The notes under the pieces were generated by a model. The model was not told the origin of the DNA. It saw only the letters and a list, made by a program, of their open reading frames with translations, and searched no databases. Shown here in pieces: positions 8,450 to 18,309 of a stretch of DNA of 64,000 bases; within the stretch, counting starts at the first letter, position 1; each line of letters begins with the position of its first letter. The stretch is from an uncultured virus (IMG/VR IMGVR_UViG_3300034118_000426) (taxonomy: Duplodnaviria > Heunggongvirae > Uroviricota > Caudoviricetes). The translations under genes were made by a program, and so were the position numbers. Location of the stretch: the IMG/VR virus record IMGVR_UViG_3300034118_000426; one strand, given 5' to 3'.

Positions 8450-9327
8450 CCCCTAGAAAAAATTATATTTTTTTCCAAAATTTTTGTATCCTCAAATATT
8501 ATTTCATAAACAATTTTTGATTGTTCTTCATTTTTTATTTTGTCTTTTAAAAGATCATTAACATTCATGTTATTAATTAATCCATCAAATCCCAATGATA
8601 TTGACCATTTATTTTGTTCTTCTCCCACAAAATAAAAACCCATTTTCATGATTTTATTGAAGCGAAAATCGTTAAAGAGCCTTTCTAATTCTTCTTTGTG
8701 ATCGTAACTCATATTCCATTTCAAAAAATTTTGAACTGAAATATAAAAATCAAATTTCTTTGGTGTGCTATCTGGATTTACAGTAATTGATGCCATACCA
8801 ATATCATATTTTGTTACATCATCAATTTTTTCCGAACAAAATTCATATAATTTTGGCATAAAATTAACGTATTTTTTTAAATCAACATCAGAAAAAATAT
8901 TTAAAGGAATATAATTTAAATTATACTCTGTATGTAAAATGTACTCCATGTTTGGAGTAAAACTAGAACCAAATATATTCGAAGATTCAAAAAAATATGT
9001 ATTTTTTAGACTAGGAAAATATTCCAAAAATTGAATCATATTTTCTATGTCTTTACGATTTTGATCATCAAAAATTACACCAGCATCACTATATGGATTA
9101 TATCGAGACACACTTTTAATTTCAGCTGTTTCACTATCATAGCAAGTTGTGTTTATAAGTGCTTCAAAATATTTCCTAGATCTTGCTTTCGCATCTAACA
9201 ACACAGGAAATATGTCTTCAAATCCTTGATACAAATCTTCTACTTTTTCAAAAGATAATGTAATATTTCTTTTTTCCAAACAATCAATTATTTTACTAAC
9301 ATCAAAAGCCGAATATTCAAAATTCAT
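8446..9327 (-). CDS. hypothetical protein, AT-rich gene
   Basis: 293-aa ORF with no recognised motif. Confidence 0.75.
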   Translation of the reverse strand: MNFEYSAFDVSKIIDCLEKRNITLSFEKVEDLYQGFEDIFPVLLDAKARSRKYFEALINTTCYDSETAEIKSVSRYNPYSDAGVIFDDQNRKDIENMIQFLEYFPSLKNTYFFESSNIFGSSFTPNMEYILHTEYNLNYIPLNIFSDVDLKKYVNFMPKLYEFCSEKIDDVTKYDIGMASITVNPDSTPKKFDFYISVQNFLKWNMSYDHKEELERLFNDFRFNKIMKMGFYFVGEEQNKWSISLGFDGLINNMNVNDLLKDKIKNEEQSKIVYEIIFEDTKILEKNIIFSRG

Positions 9328-9331
9328 AATT

Positions 9332-9694
9332 TTATATTCCTATAACTGGAAGTCCTTCTGGATCTACGCATTCCATACTTATATAGTAATCCATATCAAT
9401 GTCAGTATACTCTGGATCTTGAATTAAAGAAATGGATGGAAACCAATTAGAGGCACTCACTTGTGCGTCATTTTTCGTGCGAAAATAACAATAAATGTCT
9501 CCATAACTAATTAATTCATCAAGAATTTCATATGGCACTTTATCTTCATAATATTGCCAAATTTTTTTTACTTTTTCTTGATCTTGACATTTTAATGGAC
9601 CTTCAGCACGTATTCTCATAACTATTTTACCAGAATATCTTGCCAAATCTTTAATAAATTCTATAGTAGGTTTCACATCTTCTTGTAAAATCAT
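9332..9694 (-). CDS. hypothetical protein in the tail-fibre chaperone operon
   Basis: 120-aa ORF with ATGA coupling. Confidence 0.75.
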   Translation of the reverse strand: MILQEDVKPTIEFIKDLARYSGKIVMRIRAEGPLKCQDQEKVKKIWQYYEDKVPYEILDELISYGDIYCYFRTKNDAQVSASNWFPSISLIQDPEYTDIDMDYYISMECVDPEGLPVIGI

Positions 9695-10710
9695 TCTTTT
9701 TCCTCCGTTTCAGTATTATTTAAATCTTGAAGAATATCAATCACTTCCTGTGTTAATGCATTGCCGTTCATAGTTTTATAATGTGAAATTAATGAAGATA
9801 CTGATAGTTCTGTGCCAAGCATTTTTAATTGATTATCAATTTTTTCAGAGAATTTTTCCCAATCAGTAATAAATTCTTCCACAGTATTTTCAAAACCATT
9901 AAAGACATTATTTTCCAAATCTATTAATGGAAGTCTAAATCTCATTAAACATTGTATAACATTATTTTTAAAAGCAAACTCACAATAATTACTTACGAGA
10001 TTCGCCATCTTTTCTTCAAAATCTTCATCACCTTGGATACTATCAATATAGTTACCTACCACAGAATCTTTAATGCCAATTTCTTTCATAATATTATAGG
10101 TATACCCATCCTTTTCATCAGGAGAAATAGGCAATTTTATTTTGTGAATTTCTCCAGTCGCCCATTCGGTTTGTTTTGTGATATCTCTCCATTTTTGGCG
10201 ATATTCTGCCCACGCCGATCTTCTTTCATCTGTTATAGAATAATCCGCCAGAAAAAGATAATCCGTTTGTTTCAAAATTTCTTTTCTGGTATTTAAAATA
10301 GTTGATTGAATAAGAGAAAAATCTTGTATGTTTTTTAAAATATTTTGTTGAAGATCTTTTTCATATTGTATTTGTTTATTTTGAAAAAACTCAGCCAAGA
10401 AAGCAACAAATTTGTTGCTTTCTTCTTCATTTGCGGCATCGAATCTGTAAGGTATTTTTTCAAATGTCTTTGTAGAATAATTGTATACGTTTTTTTGCCT
10501 TTCACAATAATAACTATTATTAGAAAAAACTGTAAATAAAGTTAATTTATCATTTTCAGTGTGCCAAAATTCTGGCAAAGAATCAATAAATTCTTTTATG
10601 CCATCTGTATCAATTTGAAGATTAAGTCCTTTGTAAATAAAAATAAATCTATTTACTACATCTGGATGATCAGAATGTGGATCCAAATATACTGATAATA
10701 TTTTTTCCAT
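9691..10710 (-). CDS. tail fibre assembly chaperone-domain protein
   Basis: R..IL..TDY..LAD......R..W..YRQ..RDIT motif of phage tail assembly chaperones. It follows the fibre genes. Confidence 0.8.
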   Translation of the reverse strand: MEKILSVYLDPHSDHPDVVNRFIFIYKGLNLQIDTDGIKEFIDSLPEFWHTENDKLTLFTVFSNNSYYCERQKNVYNYSTKTFEKIPYRFDAANEEESNKFVAFLAEFFQNKQIQYEKDLQQNILKNIQDFSLIQSTILNTRKEILKQTDYLFLADYSITDERRSAWAEYRQKWRDITKQTEWATGEIHKIKLPISPDEKDGYTYNIMKEIGIKDSVVGNYIDSIQGDEDFEEKMANLVSNYCEFAFKNNVIQCLMRFRLPLIDLENNVFNGFENTVEEFITDWEKFSEKIDNQLKMLGTELSVSSLISHYKTMNGNALTQEVIDILQDLNNTETEEKE

Positions 10711-10727
10711 GTCTTTGCCGTTTTTTT

Positions 10728-10734
10728 TATTTAG
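10728..10734 (-). promoter_or_regulatory. late promoter CTAAATA overlapping the fibre stop codon
   Basis: tatttag on the plus strand, 17 nt before the ATG at 10710. Confidence 0.55.
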
Positions 10735-13700
10735 AAAGCTTTGATTAGATATTTTAATCTAAAATATGGTTGTTGTATAGGAATTGGTTCATTATTCCTC
10801 ATATAAAAATTCAAATAATTATCAAACGTACTTCTTGATCTAGTACTCATTGTTATAGTTCCTGAGGGAAGAGTAATCCCAAGATTTTGAGCAGTGCCAG
10901 TAGTAATGTGATGATTAATTGATTCGCTCAAAAATTGGTTGGCAGATCCCCTCAAAACACCCCAATTTCCATTATGATCAGCACTATTTACACCACCAGT
11001 AGATGGGTTTGATCCTGTAGTGCCACCACCGCTGAATATAACAGTAATTGTTGCTGATCCCGTCGAACCATTATTGTTGGCCCCACCAGCTGCGCCACCA
11101 GAATAACCAGTTGATAGACCAGGAGCTGCCGAAAAGAAAGAAGAATTGTACGCAGAAGTTCCTCCACTTCCTCCTGGAGCATTAACATCGCCACCCGCAT
11201 TACCACCGCCAGATCCACCAGTAAATCCTCCACCACCGCCGCCGCCACCGCCACCATCAGCGTTGGCACCTCTATCAGCTCCTATTCTACCAGATACTGG
11301 ATTGGCTCCATTTGCATCATATGCTCTAAAAGTTAGTGTGGATTGATTTGTATAATATGATGATGAATTTATTGTTGAGGATGCCCAACTTGTTGAAGCA
11401 GCTCCACCAGGAAATCTTGGTCTAGTATTATTATTATGATATCCACTACCGCCACCACCGCCACCGCCTCCAACAATTACCAATATTGTTCCTCTTTGTA
11501 AACCATTTGGATTTGGTCCAGAACCCACAGTTTCACAATACATGAAAGCAGCGCCGCCGCCGCCACCACCACCACCCGAGCAACCTTGTCCACCAGATCT
11601 ACCACCAGATCCTCCACCAAATCCAGTACCTTGAGATCCACCACCATTTCCAGCACCAGCATTTGATACACATCCACTACCACCGCCACCAGCAAAAGGA
11701 ATTATCACTCTTATACTACTGCCTCCAGGTATATTTGTACAAGTGCCAGTAACTCTAGCTCCAGCTCCACCCGCAGAACCAGGATTCGCTGCGTCATTAC
11801 CACCACCTCCACCAGAAGCAGAATATAAAGTAAAAGTAAAACTATTTACTGTGGAAGGAACAGTAAAAACATAGTTGCCTGGACTTGTATAAGAGAATCC
11901 AGATTCCCCACCTGATGGAGGAGTTATCGTTTCTCCAGTTCCTTCACCAAGCGTGGAATCATTCGGATCGAATGATAGCGCATGACTGTGTGTTCTAGAA
12001 GGATTTCTGGTATTATTAATAATTCCCTCTGGTCCTTGACGTATAGTTCCAACAGCAGATATAGATTGATTAGCGCCACAATTCCCACTACCACCATAAA
12101 CTCTATTAGTATCAGAAAATACAATTGAATTAATTCTATGTGTATGTGGAGGAGGACCACTCAAAGATACTTGAGCAATACCAGCAGAATCAGATATCTG
12201 ATAAGTTGTAGTTCCTGTAAATTGAGCATCAACTTCCACTGTACAATTTTCCCACCCATCAGTTCTGAATGTCCCAACAGTAAACAGATATGGAGAAACT
12301 GTAGGAGCAGTACCATCTGTTTCGCCACTAATATTGGGACTTCCTGGAGGCAACTGATCATATTTTTCAAAATTATACTCTCCTCCCATAGACCCAGCAT
12401 TTCCTATCTGACCGCCAGAAGATCCATCTGGGGCATATAAAGGTACGACAGAAGGTGATGATCTATTATTATCTACATTTCCTGTTCCCAACAAATACTT
12501 GCCATATGGACATGGTAACCTAAAGACATCTGTACTTTGATAATTTGGATATTGTCTGGTTGATGGAATATTTCCACCGTAAGTATTTCCGAGAATTCTT
12601 GCTAAATCGGGAAAATCCTGTGCTTTTAATAATTGACCTCGCATTTCAATAAATCCAGGAAATCTATCATTTGGTCCATAAGGTCTTGTTGTGTTAGACA
12701 CACCTTGAGCTGGACTACCAGAAGACATTTGACCAGTTAACGCAATTTTCCACCTATCGGCATCATCTGTTATGGCAGATGGATCTTCAATATAATCAGC
12801 TGGTTTGGGCACACAAATAACAGTACCAATAGCAGCTCCAACCTTTTGACGTTGATCATTATATGATGGTGATTCTATAATAGCTGTTGTTACTACAATT
12901 CGTATAATTTCCGTATTAAAAGTATTAACTGGAGTAGGATATATTAAAGTTATTGGACTACTTCTATAATACTTTACTTTTTTAACTTGATTAAAAGTAA
13001 CAACACATCTAAAATAAGCGTTAGATAAAGAAGATGGAATATTATATAATGATATTTGTGAACTAGTTGCTCCGTTTATGTTAATATTATATAATGGTCC
13101 ATTAATACCATCCGATAAATTAAAATAAGTTCCAGTTGGACCAGTTATACTAGCCTGCCATCTATACGTTGCTGTATCTGTTCCTGTATAAAATGGCGAT
13201 ATATCTAGAATGAGAGTACTTCCCTGAGTAATATTTTTAGTTGCTGCGTCGGCAAAATAGTTAAATACTCTATCAACTCTAACTGTAGTTTCATTCGTGT
13301 AGTAAGTATTTGGATTACCAGATATAGTTAATCTACAACGATATACATTGCCACTATCAGATATAGAAAGAGATGGAATTCTATAATTTTCACCTACAGT
13401 GTTCGTTTGATTAAATCCCACAGGAGCGTCAGACCACGTAGAAGAACCAGCTGGTTTTAATTGCCATTGATATTGTATCGTTCCTGGAGTAGTACTAGAC
13501 GCAACCACAGATAATGTTGTTCCAGCAAAATCTTCTTCAATAGCAAGCGAAGATGGCGTATTTGTTGTAATGTTTATAGTTACTGGTAAAACTTGTAATC
13601 TAGCAACGTTACTAAAATTAATTGTAGATCCCGCACTAATCACACGACATCTATAGAACCCCGCATTGGCAGAGAGAACTGAAGATATTGTAAAAGTAGG

Positions 13701-16283
13701 AGAATTTGCACCAACAATATCACTCCAAGTGGCAGCATTAGGATTTGCGGAAGTATAATTTGTACTTTTTTGCCACTGATATGCGGGAGTACTTAAGCTC
13801 GCAGAAGTAGCATTTACAGTCCACGTAACGCTTTCATATTCTTGTACTTGTCTATCATTAATTGAAGAAATTCCCAGGAATGTGTCGGATCTAATAATTA
13901 ATGACCCATATCCAGTTTCTACTGTTCCAATCGAATCAGGAACGGTGAGAACACATCTATAATATCTTTCAAGAATGCTCGAACTAGCAACATATATTAA
14001 CAAAGAACTAGTATTAATACCAACATACCTAGGTGATCTATGAACCGTGAATGGTCCAATACCATTTGTTGTTGGTATGTTAAACATGGTATATGTAAAT
14101 TGAGTTGATGTAAGACCAGTGGATAATACTGTCCAAACTCCATTGTAAGTTAAAGGTGTTACTCCAGCAACATAAACTCTATCACCAGAAACTAATCCAT
14201 GAGCGGAAGAACAAGTAACTGTTGCGGTATAAGAATTATATGTTATAGAAGTGACATTTAACAATGGAGGATTATTTGAAATATCACTCCAGGTTGTCCC
14301 ATTTAAACTATATTCCCATTTATACGCTATGTCTGTTCCGCTAGATGGAGAAGCAGTAACACTAAAAGAAGCAATACTGTTTTGAAATACTTCAGAATTT
14401 CCTGGATCATTATCAATATAAGCAGTTCTATACACAGAAATAGTACATGGATCAGAATAAGTAGTAACTGAATTACCACCACTCAGATATGTAACATACA
14501 TTCTATATTGAGATAGATGATCTGTACTTCTTCTCAATGGTGGTGTTGTAAATGTATGCGACCCAGACGATCTAGGATCAGTGCTTGTTGATGCTGGTAG
14601 ATCCGTGCCAGCATCATTTTTAGTAGTTCCAACATCAGTCCATCCAGTCTCCCCAGCATATTTTCTTTGCCATCCCAAAGTTATTGGTCCTCTGACGCCA
14701 GTATCAATACTAACATCAACAGAAGCTGACACAGTTATTGTTTGCTGAGTTTCTTGATACGAAGAACGATTTGGAACTGGACCATATCTATCTTCAATCG
14801 CAAAATCATCAGTTGGACTATCAATAACAGCAGTTTGTGTCAAATATAGTCCAGCGTCGTTAGAAGTGATAGTTTGTTCACCAGATAATCCACTTATACT
14901 TACTCGTATATACAATAAATTGCTACTAGAACCAGCTAATAATTTAACTCTTTCTAATTGAAGAATAGCACTCGTTCCATTTGTTCCTGTTACCAATCTA
15001 AATGGAGTTGTTGATAGTTGAGGGTTTGAAGACAATATAGGAGTATAAGTTGTTTGATCACTCCACCTCCACTCCCATGAATACGATATTGTGGTTGGAG
15101 CAGTTGTGAAAGAAGTTACACTAAGAGTGGCATTACCACTACTAGGAATATTTGTAACATATGATACTGTACTAGTTGTATCAGTTCCAGTCCCTGGTTG
15201 TTTAGAAATAAGTATTTGTGGATTAACCAATAAAGTTATAGCATTTGTACTTACTGGGCTATTGGAAGCAGTAACACCATCTTTAGTATATGTAACCTGA
15301 CACCTATACCTTCTATTATTTTGAGTGAATGCAATATTCGAAAGAGTAAGAACAGATCGTTTATAATATTGTACTGGAGTAGTTGCAAAACTAAGTAACG
15401 TATCTGTTATTGCTATGTTTGTTCCTGCTGTAATATTAGTCCACGTAGTTCCACCATCTGTACTCTGTTGCCACTGAAAAACTATTGGCGTAACATTAGC
15501 AGAGGTAGTATTAATAAAATTAGACAAACTACTATTTGTAGTAGCTTCAACTGTAAATGATAGACTAGAACCAGTAGCTACAGTATAAGATGACAGATTT
15601 TGATCAGAAACAGATAATAATGGCGGCGCATTTACTGTCAACTGACGTTGGAATCCAGGAACTTCATCACTATTGACAGTGCTCACCAAAGTAGTCGTTG
15701 CTGGAGCTAATGTAATAACTCCAACCATATTATTTGGGTTTTCTGCTGAGATATAATAATAAGTTCCAGCAGCAGCGCCAGCAGTATTCCAAACAACGGT
15801 ATTATTCTGAGTACCATTATTTGTTATTCCTGTAGATACCGTACTTCCAGTTCCCCCCACAGCAGCAGTTTTAATATAAAAAGTATTACTATTGGTAGAA
15901 CTTACAGCAAATCTTAAAGTATCACCAACAGTAGCAGTAAGAGATGGATTATTACCACTCGCAGATCCAGTAAAAGTCCAAGCAGAAGAACCAGTTCCAG
16001 TAACAGTATAATTATATGTTACTGGAGAATATGGAGTGCTTTCAGATATAGCAACTCTAATATAATCACCACTAGCTGTAATTGGAATATTCGTTAAAGT
16101 AATACTATTGGCACCATTATCAGGCAGTGTTAACCATGGTCCAGTAGAACTACTACTAGTTTGCCAAAGATAATCTAGAGTAGCTCCTGATATATTTGAG
16201 GTGGCAGAAACAGAAAATGTTAATGATCCACCAGCAAAAACTGTTGGATTAGTTGGCGTAAGAGAATTAATGGTAATAGCCAT
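10731..16283 (-). CDS. large tail fibre/adhesin: about 8 Ig-like domains, a cupredoxin-like insert, a collar domain, HxH motifs and a glycine-rich domain
   Basis: Repeated YQWQ...YRC.V Ig patterns. Collar motif PGFIEMRGQLLKAQDFPDLARILGNTYGG...FRLP. HTH and HSH. Poly-Gly runs. C-terminal PYFRLKYLIKAF. Confidence 0.85.
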   Translation of the reverse strand: MAITINSLTPTNPTVFAGGSLTFSVSATSNISGATLDYLWQTSSSSTGPWLTLPDNGANSITLTNIPITASGDYIRVAISESTPYSPVTYNYTVTGTGSSAWTFTGSASGNNPSLTATVGDTLRFAVSSTNSNTFYIKTAAVGGTGSTVSTGITNNGTQNNTVVWNTAGAAAGTYYYISAENPNNMVGVITLAPATTTLVSTVNSDEVPGFQRQLTVNAPPLLSVSDQNLSSYTVATGSSLSFTVEATTNSSLSNFINTTSANVTPIVFQWQQSTDGGTTWTNITAGTNIAITDTLLSFATTPVQYYKRSVLTLSNIAFTQNNRRYRCQVTYTKDGVTASNSPVSTNAITLLVNPQILISKQPGTGTDTTSTVSYVTNIPSSGNATLSVTSFTTAPTTISYSWEWRWSDQTTYTPILSSNPQLSTTPFRLVTGTNGTSAILQLERVKLLAGSSSNLLYIRVSISGLSGEQTITSNDAGLYLTQTAVIDSPTDDFAIEDRYGPVPNRSSYQETQQTITVSASVDVSIDTGVRGPITLGWQRKYAGETGWTDVGTTKNDAGTDLPASTSTDPRSSGSHTFTTPPLRRSTDHLSQYRMYVTYLSGGNSVTTYSDPCTISVYRTAYIDNDPGNSEVFQNSIASFSVTASPSSGTDIAYKWEYSLNGTTWSDISNNPPLLNVTSITYNSYTATVTCSSAHGLVSGDRVYVAGVTPLTYNGVWTVLSTGLTSTQFTYTMFNIPTTNGIGPFTVHRSPRYVGINTSSLLIYVASSSILERYYRCVLTVPDSIGTVETGYGSLIIRSDTFLGISSINDRQVQEYESVTWTVNATSASLSTPAYQWQKSTNYTSANPNAATWSDIVGANSPTFTISSVLSANAGFYRCRVISAGSTINFSNVARLQVLPVTINITTNTPSSLAIEEDFAGTTLSVVASSTTPGTIQYQWQLKPAGSSTWSDAPVGFNQTNTVGENYRIPSLSISDSGNVYRCRLTISGNPNTYYTNETTVRVDRVFNYFADAATKNITQGSTLILDISPFYTGTDTATYRWQASITGPTGTYFNLSDGINGPLYNININGATSSQISLYNIPSSLSNAYFRCVVTFNQVKKVKYYRSSPITLIYPTPVNTFNTEIIRIVVTTAIIESPSYNDQRQKVGAAIGTVICVPKPADYIEDPSAITDDADRWKIALTGQMSSGSPAQGVSNTTRPYGPNDRFPGFIEMRGQLLKAQDFPDLARILGNTYGGNIPSTRQYPNYQSTDVFRLPCPYGKYLLGTGNVDNNRSSPSVVPLYAPDGSSGGQIGNAGSMGGEYNFEKYDQLPPGSPNISGETDGTAPTVSPYLFTVGTFRTDGWENCTVEVDAQFTGTTTYQISDSAGIAQVSLSGPPPHTHRINSIVFSDTNRVYGGSGNCGANQSISAVGTIRQGPEGIINNTRNPSRTHSHALSFDPNDSTLGEGTGETITPPSGGESGFSYTSPGNYVFTVPSTVNSFTFTLYSASGGGGGNDAANPGSAGGAGARVTGTCTNIPGGSSIRVIIPFAGGGGSGCVSNAGAGNGGGSQGTGFGGGSGGRSGGQGCSGGGGGGGGAAFMYCETVGSGPNPNGLQRGTILVIVGGGGGGGGSGYHNNNTRPRFPGGAASTSWASSTINSSSYYTNQSTLTFRAYDANGANPVSGRIGADRGANADGGGGGGGGGGFTGGSGGGNAGGDVNAPGGSGGTSAYNSSFFSAAPGLSTGYSGGAAGGANNNGSTGSATITVIFSGGGTTGSNPSTGGVNSADHNGNWGVLRGSANQFLSESINHHITTGTAQNLGITLPSGTITMSTRSRSTFDNYLNFYMRNNEPIPIQQPYFRLKYLIKAF

Positions 16284-16288
16284 ATTTC

Positions 16289-17206
16289 TTAAAATTTAAT
16301 TAGATATTCGCACAAAATAAATTTTCCAGAAACTCTATCTATCGAGAATCTATTAAATTTATTAAAAGTTACTGTAGTTGTTATTCCACTAGAAGGTATT
16401 TGTGCTCTATTAAGAAAAGCAGTGGAACTACTGGAAGTGATATTAGGAAATAATCCAGAATGGGAATGATTTGTTAATTCATCACTCCCTGTAGTATCTA
16501 GTTGCCATGTCGCCCATTCTCTTCCCGTGGGCACTCTCGCACCCCCCTGTGGAGATGCATTTTGACATAAAAATGTTCTGGGAGCAGTTTGACTAACAAA
16601 ACATTGAAATCCAGAGGCAATTCTTCCAGTAGCTAATGTACTACCATGACCGTGACCCATAATCTCACCTTCGCTAACAGATCTTCTGCTAGTAGATGAG
16701 GGACCAGTGATTCGTATTTGCCCATTAACTGGTATTTCATGTTGCGTAAACACAAAATCTCCATTATATGAAAAAGAAATTTGATTGGACGATGAAGCAT
16801 TTGATTGTAAATCTACAGCAATTCCCGCTCTAGCAACTTCAGTATTAGTGGCAGTATTGGTTGTGGTAGCATTTAAATAACTTCCTGGAACAGAAGAAGA
16901 TGTAATATATTTTGACCCCAAATCTGGTAATTGTATTTGCCCACCCGTTCCATCATCATTTGCGTTTTGTAAAGAAGTTCCTGTTTTTCTGTAAATACAT
17001 GATTCTCCAACCCCCAAAACTAAAGCTAAATTTGGATATTGATCGGCATTTAATATTTGACCCCTACAACGTAAATATCCAGCTGGTATATAATCAATAT
17101 ATTCTTGTTCTCTGGGGTTCAAATTTTGCATAGATCTAAAATATGGAAAAATTGTTCCACATGGACCACCATATTTACCTCTTTCGAAAGAATAAGTAGT
17201 TGCCAT
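16289..17206 (-). CDS. tail collar-domain (short-fibre-like) protein
   Basis: GTIFPY...IPAGYLRCRGQILNADQYPNLALVLG...QLPDL, HGH/HSH, and C-terminal EYLIKF. Confidence 0.85.
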   Translation of the reverse strand: MATTYSFERGKYGGPCGTIFPYFRSMQNLNPREQEYIDYIPAGYLRCRGQILNADQYPNLALVLGVGESCIYRKTGTSLQNANDDGTGGQIQLPDLGSKYITSSSVPGSYLNATTTNTATNTEVARAGIAVDLQSNASSSNQISFSYNGDFVFTQHEIPVNGQIRITGPSSTSRRSVSEGEIMGHGHGSTLATGRIASGFQCFVSQTAPRTFLCQNASPQGGARVPTGREWATWQLDTTGSDELTNHSHSGLFPNITSSSSTAFLNRAQIPSSGITTTVTFNKFNRFSIDRVSGKFILCEYLIKF

Positions 17207-17216
17207 TTGTAATCTC

Positions 17217-18308
17217 CTAGAAAACCTTAATAATAAAAATCATGGATACAGAAGGGCATAAAGTGGTAGCATTTATAGTACCTGCATCTAGACCAGCAGA
17301 GTTATCTATTACTACATCACTTGAAACTATATCTGTGTAAGTGCTTGTTGACCTAACAGACAATCCACTTGTAAAAGTAATTGTATTTGATCCATGACTA
17401 TGACCACCTATAGACGCCCAAGTTCTAAATTCTGCGTTAATACTGGTGTGAAAATTCTTTTGTCCACCAACATGCGCTAACATATCACCCCCAGAAAATC
17501 CATTTCCAGCAAATTCATTGTTTGCGCTCGTATTACCACCACCTGGACGAGCATGATCTCCCGTCACATTATTTCTATACTCATCGGTTCTTTTCGCATT
17601 ATTCTCATTAGTTGTTTGTGCTTCACAAGGACGCCTCCAAAAATCTTCAAAATCATCTAAATTTGTAGATCCTTGTGTGTGTGAAATTTCTTGACCAGTT
17701 TGAATGGGTATAGTATGTGCGTGAATTGCGATATGACCATCTCCCAGTTTTCTAGGCATAATTTGATATCCTCTTTGTAGGATTCCAGGTGTTAAAGCAA
17801 GTCCGCTAACAGTTGCTGACAATCCAGGAATACTATTATTTCTAACTCCAACTAAATCAATCGTGGATGGTACTGGATTGCCAGTAGCAGATCCAGTATT
17901 TCCATTATCAGCATTTCCAATCTGTGCCCAATATGGATCATCAGATATCCCTCTCGTCGTAACAGGAGTCCACGCAGCAGTATTTAATCCCTCCATAGGA
18001 TTGTTATTTGTATTAGAATATGTAGAAGCAGTTGATTTTAAATAACCATAATGCCCCCTAAAAATATCAACTATCCCCTTACCAACAATATCAGGCAATC
18101 TAAATGTAGATCCCTCAGTACCACCATAAGTATTTCCAATACACTTAAACAATCTTGGATAAGCAGTAATGTTTAAATAGGATCCATTACACACTTTCCA
18201 CCCCACTGGTATAGTATCTTCTGTTCCAGACCAAGGAACAATAGTTCCCACTGGATAACCAGATAAACTCTTTAATTTATTATATTTTATTGCGTCTGCG
18301 TATGCCAT
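17217..18308 (-). CDS. tail collar-domain (short-fibre-like) protein
   Basis: PVGTIVPWSG...IPVGWKVCNGSYL..TAYPRLF..IGNTYGG....FRLPD, HAH/HSH, and C-terminal FIIKVF. Confidence 0.9.
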   Translation of the reverse strand: MAYADAIKYNKLKSLSGYPVGTIVPWSGTEDTIPVGWKVCNGSYLNITAYPRLFKCIGNTYGGTEGSTFRLPDIVGKGIVDIFRGHYGYLKSTASTYSNTNNNPMEGLNTAAWTPVTTRGISDDPYWAQIGNADNGNTGSATGNPVPSTIDLVGVRNNSIPGLSATVSGLALTPGILQRGYQIMPRKLGDGHIAIHAHTIPIQTGQEISHTQGSTNLDDFEDFWRRPCEAQTTNENNAKRTDEYRNNVTGDHARPGGGNTSANNEFAGNGFSGGDMLAHVGGQKNFHTSINAEFRTWASIGGHSHGSNTITFTSGLSVRSTSTYTDIVSSDVVIDNSAGLDAGTINATTLCPSVSMIFIIKVF

Positions 18309-18309
18309 A

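Noticed and set aside
10988..12440. Several short alternative-frame ORFs, including poly-Pro and poly-Val ones
   Set aside because: Artefacts of the GGT/GGC-rich glycine domain and its neighbourhood.
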